64,000 nucleotides of DNA from an uncultured Candidatus Binatia bacterium (GTDB lineage Bacteria > Desulfobacterota > Binatia > UBA9968 > JAJDTQ01): the NCBI GenBank assembly GCA_965242525.1, contig OZ251459.1:1760001-1824000 (forward strand). The letters run 5' to 3'. The translations under genes and the position numbers were made by a program. Shown piece after piece: positions 1-8,252 of this stretch. The notes under the pieces were generated by a model that saw only the letters and a program-made list of their open reading frames with translations, was not told the DNA's origin and made no database searches. Each line of letters starts with the position of its first letter. Position 1 is the stretch's first letter.

Positions 1-1
1 T

Positions 2-385
2 CGCGTCCTGCGGACCCTGTCCAGGCGGCACACCCTGGTCATCGTGACGTCGAACTTCGGTCGCCTGGTGCGCCGCGGACTGTCCCGGCACGGCGTGGAG
101 GACTGCGTGGCGCTGGTGCTGGACGCCCAACGCCCGGGCACGAAGGGCGAGAAGATCGCACACGCCCTGGAGCGCTTCGGCGCCTCCCCCGGGGAAAGCT
201 TCATGATCGGCGACACCCGCGGGGACATCCGCCACGGCAAGAGCGCGGGCGTACGCACCGCGGGCGTCACCTGGGGCTACCAGGACCGCCGGACCCTGGA
301 GCGGGAAGCGCCGGACTTCATCGTGGATTCGCCGCGGGAGTTGCTGGACCTCGTGCGCTCGGTCGCAGGCCGCGGGGACGCCTGA
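2..385 (+). CDS. HAD-family hydrolase (phosphoglycolate phosphatase-like), 5' partial
   Basis: Frame open from the window edge; motifs VIVTSN, MIGDTRGDI, GVTWGY. Confidence 0.85.
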   Translation, partial: RVLRTLSRRHTLVIVTSNFGRLVRRGLSRHGVEDCVALVLDAQRPGTKGEKIAHALERFGASPGESFMIGDTRGDIRHGKSAGVRTAGVTWGYQDRRTLEREAPDFIVDSPRELLDLVRSVAGRGDA

Positions 386-420
386 TCCACGGTAGATTCC
401 CGCTTGCCCGGACAGGCGCG

Positions 421-2022
421 TCAGGGTCCGTGGTGGGTGGCCAGGGGGCTCGTGTCCGTGAGGTCCATCATCTTGCGGGCCAGGGCCTCCATGAGCTCGC
501 CGCGCCGGTTCCGGGAGCCGGCGTCGTCCCAGAGGTTGCGCATCTCGTGGGGGTCGTTCTCCAGGTCGTAGAGCTCGCCCCAGTCCGCCCCTTCGTACAG
601 GGTCAGGCGCCGGTCCCGGGTCACCAGGGTGCGGGCCCGGAAGTTGTGGTCGAAGCCCATGTAGCCCCGGCGCTGGTGCTCCTCGATGAGCAGCGAGTCG
701 TGGCCCGTGTCCGCGCCCTCCAGGGCGGGCAGCAGGCTGGTCCCCTGCATGCCGTTGGGCTCTGCCAGGCCCGCCCGGTGCAGGATGGTGCTCGGAAGGT
801 CCGGGGCGTTGCAGAGGCCCGGTTGGACCGCGTCCCGGGCGGCTGCCGACGGGTCCGTCCAGATCAACGGCACCCGCACCAGGCCCTGGTAGTGCAGCGC
901 GCCCTTGAGCAGCAGTTGGTGGTCGCCCATGAAGTCCCCGTGGTCGCTGGTGAAGACCACCACGGTGTCGTCCGCGAGGCCCAGGTCCCGGAGGCGCGCC
1001 CGGATGCGCCCCACCGCGTCGTCGATCATGGTGATCATGCCGTAGGTGAGGGCGATGGCCTCCCGCGCTTCCGGCTCGGTGACGGCGAAGGTGCGCATCC
1101 CGTTGCGGTCGCTGCCGCCCCGGTCCCGCTCCTCGTAGAGCTCCCGAAGATGCCGCGGCGTCGGGTTCTCCCCGGGATGGAAGGAAGCGGGCAGGGCCAC
1201 CTGCTCCGGGCGGTACATGTCCCAGTAGCGGCCGGGCGGGGTGAACGCGTGGTGCGGGTCGGGAAACGAGCACTGGAGGAAGAAGGGCCGTTCCCGTCCG
1301 GAGCGCGCGTGCGCTTCCAGGAACGCCAGGGTCCGCTCCTCCACGTAGGCGGTGGGATAGAGCTCCTCGGGCATCCGCGTGCGCCAAGCCTGGGGCGCCC
1401 GGTAGTCGTTGCCGGGAAGCTGGTGGTCCGCGCCGCGCAGGGAGTCGGGGTCGGGGTGGCGCGCCCGGAGCCAGCGGTCGTAATGGCCCACCACCTGGTC
1501 GGCGTGCTTGATGGCCAGCTCCACGTGCCGGAACCCGTAGTAGGGCAGCACCGGCTCGAACTCCGGGTCCCGCGCCCAGGCGCCGGGAAGCTCCTGGTCG
1601 TAGCGCCCGTCGTCGCCCTTCCACGCCTCCCGGAGCCCTTCGGGGACCGGGACGCGCCGGGGGTCCCGCTCCGGCATGCCGATCACCGGAAGGTCCCCCT
1701 TGATGCTCTGCAGGTGGCACTTGCCGATGAGGGCGGTGTGGTAGCCGGCCGCAGCCAGGACGTCCACGAACGTCGTGGCCTTCAAGGAAAGCGGGATGCC
1801 GTTGTGCCGGACCCCGTGGAGCGACGGCATCCGCCCGGTCATCAGCGTCGCACGGTTGGGCATGCAGATGGGCGTGGCGGTGTAGAAACGCTCGAACCGG
1901 GTCCCGGTTGCCGCAAGGCCGTCGATGTTCGGCGTCCGCACCACCGGGTTGCCGTAACAACCCAGATGGTCCGCCCGCTGCTGGTCGGTGATGATGAAGA
2001 GGAAGTTGGGTCCGTGGGTCAT
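421..2022 (-). CDS. Sulfatase (formylglycine-type, arylsulfatase/choline-sulfatase-like)
   Basis: PNFLFIITDQQRAD N-terminus, CMPNR (CxPxR), GKCH, FTSDHGD; GGAGG RBS before ATG at 2022. Confidence 0.92.
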   Translation of the reverse strand: MTHGPNFLFIITDQQRADHLGCYGNPVVRTPNIDGLAATGTRFERFYTATPICMPNRATLMTGRMPSLHGVRHNGIPLSLKATTFVDVLAAAGYHTALIGKCHLQSIKGDLPVIGMPERDPRRVPVPEGLREAWKGDDGRYDQELPGAWARDPEFEPVLPYYGFRHVELAIKHADQVVGHYDRWLRARHPDPDSLRGADHQLPGNDYRAPQAWRTRMPEELYPTAYVEERTLAFLEAHARSGRERPFFLQCSFPDPHHAFTPPGRYWDMYRPEQVALPASFHPGENPTPRHLRELYEERDRGGSDRNGMRTFAVTEPEAREAIALTYGMITMIDDAVGRIRARLRDLGLADDTVVVFTSDHGDFMGDHQLLLKGALHYQGLVRVPLIWTDPSAAARDAVQPGLCNAPDLPSTILHRAGLAEPNGMQGTSLLPALEGADTGHDSLLIEEHQRRGYMGFDHNFRARTLVTRDRRLTLYEGADWGELYDLENDPHEMRNLWDDAGSRNRRGELMEALARKMMDLTDTSPLATHHGP

Positions 2023-2074
2023 GTGCGCCTCCGGGTCTGCCGTGGGCATTGGCAGGAAGAGTTCGACGGCGCCC

Positions 2075-2623
2075 TCACGGCCCCAGGGGTTTCTCGCCCT
2101 CCGCGGGCTCCACCTCCATGGCGTTGAGGACGCAGGCCAGCAACCCATAGTATCCGATCAGGGCCGAAAGCTCCACGCAGCCCGCGCCTCCCAGGCTCTT
2201 CTCCACCGCGGCGAAGGTCGGCGCGCTCACGCGGTGGTCCCGCAACAGCTCCCGGACGTAACGGCAGACGTGGGCCTCGTCCGCGGTCAGGTCCGGCGGC
2301 GTCTCGCGGCGTCTCAGGGCTTCGACGCAGCCCTCGGTCACTCCGGCCGCCCGGGCGTGACCGGCGTGCGCCGACCACTCGAACGCGCAGTCCAGCTCCC
2401 GGGCCACGGTGAGGATCACCAGCTCCTTGAGCTTCCGGGGAAGCTCCAACTCGAAACGGACATGGGCGCCCAGGTGGGCCACTCGACCGGCCAGCTCCGG
2501 GCTGTGCAGCAGCATGGGGAACGGCCCCTGCACCCTGCCGCGGCTCTCGGCGATGGCGTCGAACACCGCGTGGTGCTCCCGCGGCAACTCTTCCCTTCTC
2601 TCGATCTTCGCGATACGCGCCAT
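2075..2623 (-). CDS. Carboxymuconolactone decarboxylase/AhpD-like protein
   Basis: GPFPMLLHSPELA, ELVILTVARELDCAFEWSAH; AGGAAGG RBS before ATG at 2623. Confidence 0.85.
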   Translation of the reverse strand: MARIAKIERREELPREHHAVFDAIAESRGRVQGPFPMLLHSPELAGRVAHLGAHVRFELELPRKLKELVILTVARELDCAFEWSAHAGHARAAGVTEGCVEALRRRETPPDLTADEAHVCRYVRELLRDHRVSAPTFAAVEKSLGGAGCVELSALIGYYGLLACVLNAMEVEPAEGEKPLGP

Positions 2624-2649
2624 GCGATACCTTCCTCTCTGTCGCTCAA

Positions 2650-2818
2650 GGAACATCCGAACAATCGGGGCAGGGGGGCATGAGCGCGTCCTTCGACTCC
2701 GCTTCGCTACGCTCAGGACGAACGGGGATGGGACGCTTCACTACGCCCGGGATGAATGGGGACGGGAGTGTCAGGGTGAGGGAATCCATCCCGGATGTCC
2801 CGATCGTCCAGGGGTTCC
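2650..2818. mobile_element. MITE copy 1 (IS5-like terminal inverted repeats, internal 40-bp REP-like core)
   Basis: Ends GGAACATCCGAACAATCG ... CGATCGTCCAGGGGTTCC, flanked by TCAA on both sides (2646-2649, 2819-2822); core 2686-2725 is the exact reverse complement of 11174-11213. Confidence 0.75.
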
Positions 2819-3568
2819 TCAACTCCAACCGTCGTGGGGATAGTCCCGGCACACGAGGTCCCACCCCCTGCCTTCCACCGCCAGCGCGGCCTTGTAGCCC
2901 TCCCCCGGGTCCAGGGCGCACAGGGACCACCGCGCCGTTTCCGCGGGGTCTCCCTCGAACCGCAGCAGGGCCGCGGGCTCTCCCGGCCGCAAGCTCACCT
3001 CGAACCGGCGGAGACCCAGGGACACCCCCTCCCCGCGCGCCTTGACGAACGCCTCCTTCCGGGTCCAGCACGCGAAGAAGGCTTCCCGCCGCGGTCCCGG
3101 GGCCATGCCCATCAGCGCCTCCGCCTCGGCCGGCGAGAAGAAACGCCGGGCCGCCCGGGCCACGTCGGTGTCCGGGCGCAGGCGTTCGACGTCCACGCCG
3201 ACCTCGCGCCCGAAGGCGAAGGCGTGGAGCGCCCACCCGCGGGAATGGGACAGGTTGAAGCGCACTCCGCCGCCATCGGCGTCTTCCGGCAGCCGCGGCT
3301 TGCCGCGGGCGCCGTAGCGCAGCTCGACCGCGGCCGGCTCCACGTGGAGGTAACGGCCCAGCAGCCTTCGGAGCACGCCCCGGGCCACGGTGAACCGCCG
3401 CCGGTCCCGCTCGAAGCGGAAACGGCGGGCACGGACGCGCTCGCCCGGCGCCAGGACGCCGTGCAAGTCGTCCAGGCAGCGTTCGGGGACGCAGGTGGCC
3501 GTGCGCCACACGTGCACCGCATGGGGCGAAAGCTCCAAGTCCCCGGCCGGAGGCAACCAGCGGGTCAT
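2819..3568 (-). CDS. 4'-phosphopantetheinyl transferase, Sfp/HetI type
   Basis: GKPRL, FNLSHS, VGVDVE, WTRKEAFVKA motifs. Confidence 0.93.
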   Translation of the reverse strand: MTRWLPPAGDLELSPHAVHVWRTATCVPERCLDDLHGVLAPGERVRARRFRFERDRRRFTVARGVLRRLLGRYLHVEPAAVELRYGARGKPRLPEDADGGGVRFNLSHSRGWALHAFAFGREVGVDVERLRPDTDVARAARRFFSPAEAEALMGMAPGPRREAFFACWTRKEAFVKARGEGVSLGLRRFEVSLRPGEPAALLRFEGDPAETARWSLCALDPGEGYKAALAVEGRGWDLVCRDYPHDGWS

Positions 3569-3636
3569 GGATGCGCCGTCACCGTCCCGAACCCTGGTAG
3601 AGCCGCAGCGGAAGGAGCACCGCCGCGGCCCCGCGG

Positions 3637-4971
3637 CTATGGGGTCCGTCCCTGTCGAGGATCATCGGAGTCTTCCCGGACCACCGCGCTCGCCGGCCCG
3701 TCGCAGACGGCCTGATGCCCATCGATATATTCGAGCAGGGCCTCTGCGGCCCATTGGTGGCCCGCGGGGTTCCAGTGGCCGTCGTGGGGCCATTGGGCGT
3801 CCGTGAGCCTGGCGCCCTGGCGGAGGATGTAGTCGCCCTGGTCGATGACGGGAATGTCCAGGGTTGCGGCCATTTCGTCCAAGACAGAACCTATTCTCGC
3901 GGCGTCGGCCTTCTTCACAAAGTGTGACGCCAGGATGACCAGCCGCACGCCGTCGCGGTCGGCGCGTTCCTCGAACTGCTCCAGAGCGAAGGCCGTATAG
4001 TCCAGAGCGTCCTCGAACACCGGTGGCCCGGCGCTTCCCCGACCGAAGTTCTGCAGCATCATGTTCCAATCCATCACCGGCGGCCATCCTTCCAGCAGCG
4101 GGGCGTAACGGGGCCGTTGGCTGAGCGTTTCCACCCTCCTGGCGAACTTCAGGGCAACGAAGCCGGGGCGCAAGGAGGGGGGACGCCAGATTCGATACCA
4201 GTTTCGCTTCTTGGCGCGCAGCCAGCTCCCGAACCATGAAATCGCGGTCACGCGGTCAACCAGGGATTCCCATCCTCCCGGTAATACCGGTAACCTGAGA
4301 TCATCATAACCCGGGTCGGGCGGTCGCAGTTCCATGGTCCCGTCCGGATGCTTTTTCACACTGGCGTAAGGCAAGTGTTCCGGGTCCCATCCGTTCACGA
4401 TTGACTGCAGGACCGGAGAATTGTCCAGGAAATCGTTGGGAACGAGAACCAGAACCAGGAGTTTCGGGCGCAGTTTCCGGGCGTATTCGTCGTACATCGG
4501 CAACTGCTGGACTTGGCCGGTGTTCACAATCCCGAAGGCCGAAGTGGTAACGTCCAGGTGAGGCAGCCGGCTGGCGGCGAGTTCTTCGAGTCGAACGTGG
4601 AACTTGTCGCGGATGGGAACTTCCATGGCCGCCACGAAGGAGTCGCCGATCATGGTGACGTGGCAGGTTGCCGCGGCGCGCTCGGGGCTCGGGGGCTCGC
4701 GGTCGAGGAAGCCCAGGCTGTTGGTGCGGGATACGGCCCAGAATTCGAGGCCGTTCGTGTGGCGAACCTCCGCGTCCGGAGGCAGGCGAAGGCCCATCCC
4801 GGGGACGAACTCGCGGGGTATGCTCGATACCGGGAACGACGTGGTCAGCCGGAAGTATGCCTCCAGGGCGATGGCCGCCACCGCTACGCCCGCGGCGAGC
4901 AGAAGCATATTCCAGCAGACCACGCGCAGCGCACGCCGCAGGGAGCGGTCCGCATACTTTCGTCTTGGCAT
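3637..4971 (-). CDS. Membrane-anchored SGNH/GDSL hydrolase (AlgX/AlgJ/SxtL-like)
   Basis: N-terminal TM helix, TNSLGFLD, IGDSF, NDFLDN, DGHWN; start 4971 or 5022 uncertain. Confidence 0.8.
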   Translation of the reverse strand: MPRRKYADRSLRRALRVVCWNMLLLAAGVAVAAIALEAYFRLTTSFPVSSIPREFVPGMGLRLPPDAEVRHTNGLEFWAVSRTNSLGFLDREPPSPERAAATCHVTMIGDSFVAAMEVPIRDKFHVRLEELAASRLPHLDVTTSAFGIVNTGQVQQLPMYDEYARKLRPKLLVLVLVPNDFLDNSPVLQSIVNGWDPEHLPYASVKKHPDGTMELRPPDPGYDDLRLPVLPGGWESLVDRVTAISWFGSWLRAKKRNWYRIWRPPSLRPGFVALKFARRVETLSQRPRYAPLLEGWPPVMDWNMMLQNFGRGSAGPPVFEDALDYTAFALEQFEERADRDGVRLVILASHFVKKADAARIGSVLDEMAATLDIPVIDQGDYILRQGARLTDAQWPHDGHWNPAGHQWAAEALLEYIDGHQAVCDGPASAVVREDSDDPRQGRTP

Positions 4972-5041
4972 GTTGGGCGCTTCAGGAATTCGTGTGGGTT
5001 GCGACACTTCCCATCCCGTCATCTCCGCGAAAGCCCCGTCT

Positions 5042-5162
5042 CGTCATTCCCGCGAAAGCGGGAATCCAGACCCTGCGAGCAAACCCCATAGCGCCCTGTA
5101 TGAGAGGTTTCTACAACGAGAGCGAGGAAAGTGGATGGATTCCCGCTTTCGCGGGAATGACG
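5042..5162. repeat. Inverted REP pair (GTCATTCCCGCGAAAGCGGGAATCCA type)
   Basis: 5042-5068 and 5136-5162 are exact reverse complements, each internally palindromic. Confidence 0.9.
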
Positions 5163-5245
5163 GAGTGGGCGTCTGTGGAGCAATGACGGCGTGCCCCCTG
5201 TCGCTCCCCCTTTCCCTCCTGCCTTGCCCACACGAAAGCCGGAAG
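5129..5245 (+). repeat. Composite REP-containing dispersed repeat, copy 1
   Basis: Shares identical 34-bp and 29-bp blocks and a similar middle with 57281-57387. Confidence 0.85.
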
Positions 5246-5310
5246 GTCCGCATGTTGCTGGATCGGGGTCCTGGTCCGGAATGCCCCCCCCTCTTCACGC
5301 AACGCATCCG

Positions 5311-7227
5311 TCAGTCCGGTTCGAACGAATCCTCGTAGTGCTCGACCTTGAGGGCGGGGTCCTGCTCTTCCTTGCGCAGGAAGCAGTTGCCCACCGCGAG
5401 GCAGTCCAGGTCCGTGCCCATGAAGCAGCGAAAGGCGTCCGCGGGCGTGCACACGATGGGCTCGCCGCGCACGTTGAAACTCGTGTTCACGAGCACCGGG
5501 CAACCGGTCCTGGCCTTGAACGCTTCGAGCAGGGCGTGGTAGCGGGGGTTGGTGTCGCGATGGACGGTCTGCACCCGGGCGGAATAGTCCACGTGGGTCA
5601 CAGCGGGGACGTCCGAACGCGGCACGTTCAGGAGGTCGATGCCGGACAGGGCGCGCTGGGTCTCGTTCATGGGCTTCCGCCGCTCCGGCTTCACGTCCGC
5701 CACCAGCAGCATGTAGGGGCTGTCGTGGTCGAGCTCGAACCAGTCGGCCACGTCGGCGCGCAGCACGCTCGGCGCGAAGGGTCGGAAGGACTCGCGGAAC
5801 TTGACCTTGAGGTTGAGGGTCTTCTGCATGGTGGGCGAACGCGCGTCCGCCAGGATGGAGCGCCCGCCCAGGGCGCGGGGCCCGAACTCCATCCGGCCCT
5901 GGAACCACCCCAGCGCCTTGCCCGCGGCCAATGCCTCGGCCGCGGCCTCGACCAGGGCGTCGTCCGTGAGCGTCTCGTAGCGGGCGCCGGCCGCATCGAG
6001 GTCCGCGCGGACCTCCTCCGTGCCGAACTCGGGGCCGAGGAAGGCGCCGCGCATGGCGTCGGTCCCGCAGGCCGAAACCCCTGCGGGCGGGTCCGCGCTT
6101 TCGCCGGGGCGCGAGGAGGAACGCCCCCCTTCCCCTGCCGCGGGGGAGACCGAGGGACGCGCCTCGCCGAACAGCCGGTGGCTCGCCGCCAGCGCGGCGC
6201 CCAGGGCGCCTCCGGCGTCGCCCGCGGCCGGCTGGATCCAGACGTCGTCGAACCGGCCGTCCCGCAGCACCTTGCCGTTGGCCACGCAGTTGAGCGCCAC
6301 GCCGCCCGCGAGACAGAGGTTGGGGATGCCGGTCTCCGCCCGCAGCGAGCGGGTCATCCGCAGCACCGCTTCTTCCACCACAGCCTGCACCGAGGCCGCC
6401 AGGTCCATGTGCCGCGGGGCCAGCGGCTCCTCCGGCTTCCGCGCCGGGCCGCGGAACAGCTCGTCGAAGCGGCCGTTGGTCATGGTCAGGCCGGTGCAGA
6501 AGTCGAAGTAGTCCAAGTCCAATCGGAACGTGCCGTCCGGCTTGAGGTCCATCAGGTGGTCGAGGATGGTCTTCGAGTACGTGGGTTCGCCGTAGGGCGC
6601 CAGACCCATGACCTTGTACTCGCCGGAGTTCACCTTGAAGCCGGTGTAATGGGTGAAGGCCGAGTAGAGCAGCCCCAGGGAATGCGGGAAGTGGATCTCC
6701 CGGGCCACCTCCAGGTCGTTGCCGTGGCCGATGGCCGCGGACGTGGTGGCCCACTCGCCGACTCCGTCCATGGTCAGCACCACCGCGTCGCGGAAAGGCG
6801 AAGGATAGAACGCGCTCGCCGCGTGGGACTGGTGGTGCTCGGCGAACAGCAGCCTGGCGTCCCAGTCCACGTCCGGGGCGAGCCGCTTCAACTCCCGGCG
6901 CAGCAGGTCCTTCTGGAACAGCTTCTCCCGGAGCCACACCGGCGCCGCCATGCGGAAGGAGCGGAAGCCCCGCGGCGCGAACGCCACGTAGGTCTCCAGC
7001 AGCCGCTCGAACTTGAGGAAAGGCTTGTCGTAGAACGCCACCCGATCGATGTCCCCGGGGGCGAGGCCGGTCTCCCGGAGACACCACGCCACCGCACGGG
7101 AGGGATAGCCGGCGTCGTGCTTGCGGCGCGTGAAGCGTTCTTCCTGCGCCGCGGCCACGATCCTCCCGTCCTCCACCAGGGCGGCGGCGCTGTCGTGGTA
7201 GAACGCCGAGAGGCCCAGGATGCGCAT
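5311..7227 (-). CDS. O-carbamoyltransferase, NodU/CmcH/SxtI family
   Basis: MRILGLSAFYHDSAAA, EHHQSHAASAF, GEYKVMGLAPYG, GGVALNC, EFGPRALG, NTSFN. Confidence 0.95.
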   Translation of the reverse strand: MRILGLSAFYHDSAAALVEDGRIVAAAQEERFTRRKHDAGYPSRAVAWCLRETGLAPGDIDRVAFYDKPFLKFERLLETYVAFAPRGFRSFRMAAPVWLREKLFQKDLLRRELKRLAPDVDWDARLLFAEHHQSHAASAFYPSPFRDAVVLTMDGVGEWATTSAAIGHGNDLEVAREIHFPHSLGLLYSAFTHYTGFKVNSGEYKVMGLAPYGEPTYSKTILDHLMDLKPDGTFRLDLDYFDFCTGLTMTNGRFDELFRGPARKPEEPLAPRHMDLAASVQAVVEEAVLRMTRSLRAETGIPNLCLAGGVALNCVANGKVLRDGRFDDVWIQPAAGDAGGALGAALAASHRLFGEARPSVSPAAGEGGRSSSRPGESADPPAGVSACGTDAMRGAFLGPEFGTEEVRADLDAAGARYETLTDDALVEAAAEALAAGKALGWFQGRMEFGPRALGGRSILADARSPTMQKTLNLKVKFRESFRPFAPSVLRADVADWFELDHDSPYMLLVADVKPERRKPMNETQRALSGIDLLNVPRSDVPAVTHVDYSARVQTVHRDTNPRYHALLEAFKARTGCPVLVNTSFNVRGEPIVCTPADAFRCFMGTDLDCLAVGNCFLRKEEQDPALKVEHYEDSFEPD

Positions 7228-7361
7228 GACTTCGGAAAATACCATAACGGCGCGGGAACGCCAACGGAGAGACGTGCGCGGACCGGTTGTCCGGGGTTTC
7301 CTTGAGTTGATCGAAGGAAGGTGGTTAACTGGCGCCGTACCTCGTTCCCGCTGGGGCGCTC

Positions 7362-8252
7362 ATGGCCACGCCAGAACAAAGCTACTTCGACCCCGCGGTG
7401 CTTGCGCGGCTCTCGAACCTGCGCCTGAAGGCGCGTTGGGTCGTGGACGGCTTCATGGCCGGCCTGCACCGGAGCCGCGCCAAGGGTTTCAGCGTCGAGT
7501 TCGAGCAGCATCGCGAGTACGCTCCCGGGGACGAGATCCGCCGCATCGACTGGAAGGCTCTGGGCAAGCTGGACCGCTACTTCGTCAAGGAGTACGAGGA
7601 CGAGAGCAACGTCAAGACCCACCTGCTGCTGGACACGAGCGGCTCCATGGACTACGCCTCGGGCGAAGTCACCAAGTTCGAATACGGCTGCATCCTCGCG
7701 GCCTCGCTGGCCTGCCTGATCCTCCGGCAGCAGGACGCCGCGGGCTTGACCACTTTCTCGGACCGCGTGGGCTCGCAACTGCCGCCCAGAGCCGCCCGGG
7801 GATACCTGGTGGAGTTGCTGCGGCGGCTCGAATCGGAGACCACCGGGGGCGATACCGACGTAGGCAGGGTCCTGCGGGAGGTGGCCGGCGGCGTCCGGCG
7901 GCGAGGTCTGGTGGTGCTGGTCTCGGACCTGCTGGACGAGCCCGAGTCGGTGCTGCAGGGACTGCGGCTGTTCCGCTTCAAGGGCAACGACGTGCTGGTC
8001 TTCCACCTGCTGGACGAAGCGGAGCTGTCCTTCCCCTTCTCCGGCAACACCCGGTTCGAGGACATCGAAGACCCCCGGCTCCGGGTCACGGCCGATGCGA
8101 AGGCCATCCGGGCCGAGTACCGCCGCACCGTGGCCAACCACATCGACGCCCTGCGGTCGGGCTGCCACGAATACGCCATCGACTATCAACTGCTGTCCAC
8201 CGCCACGCCGCTGGACCAGGCCCTGGTAAGCTACCTGAGCTGGAGGAAGTGA
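7362..8252 (+). CDS. DUF58 VWA-like protein (MoxR-associated)
   Basis: GLHRSRAKGFSVEFEQHREYAPGDEIRRIDWK, LLDTSGSM, LVSDL. Confidence 0.93.
   Translation: MATPEQSYFDPAVLARLSNLRLKARWVVDGFMAGLHRSRAKGFSVEFEQHREYAPGDEIRRIDWKALGKLDRYFVKEYEDESNVKTHLLLDTSGSMDYASGEVTKFEYGCILAASLACLILRQQDAAGLTTFSDRVGSQLPPRAARGYLVELLRRLESETTGGDTDVGRVLREVAGGVRRRGLVVLVSDLLDEPESVLQGLRLFRFKGNDVLVFHLLDEAELSFPFSGNTRFEDIEDPRLRVTADAKAIRAEYRRTVANHIDALRSGCHEYAIDYQLLSTATPLDQALVSYLSWRK

Noticed and set aside
5311-7227. Saxitoxin biosynthesis suggested by an SxtI-like gene
   Set aside because: No sxtA/sxtG or other pathway genes; this family is widespread near polysaccharide loci
7220-8248. Apparent N-terminal extension making the BatA protein 1044 aa
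   Set aside because: Overlaps DUF58 in another frame; the real start is the GTG at 8249. The same applies to extensions of the ORFs at 29777, 44824, 45531 and 51345
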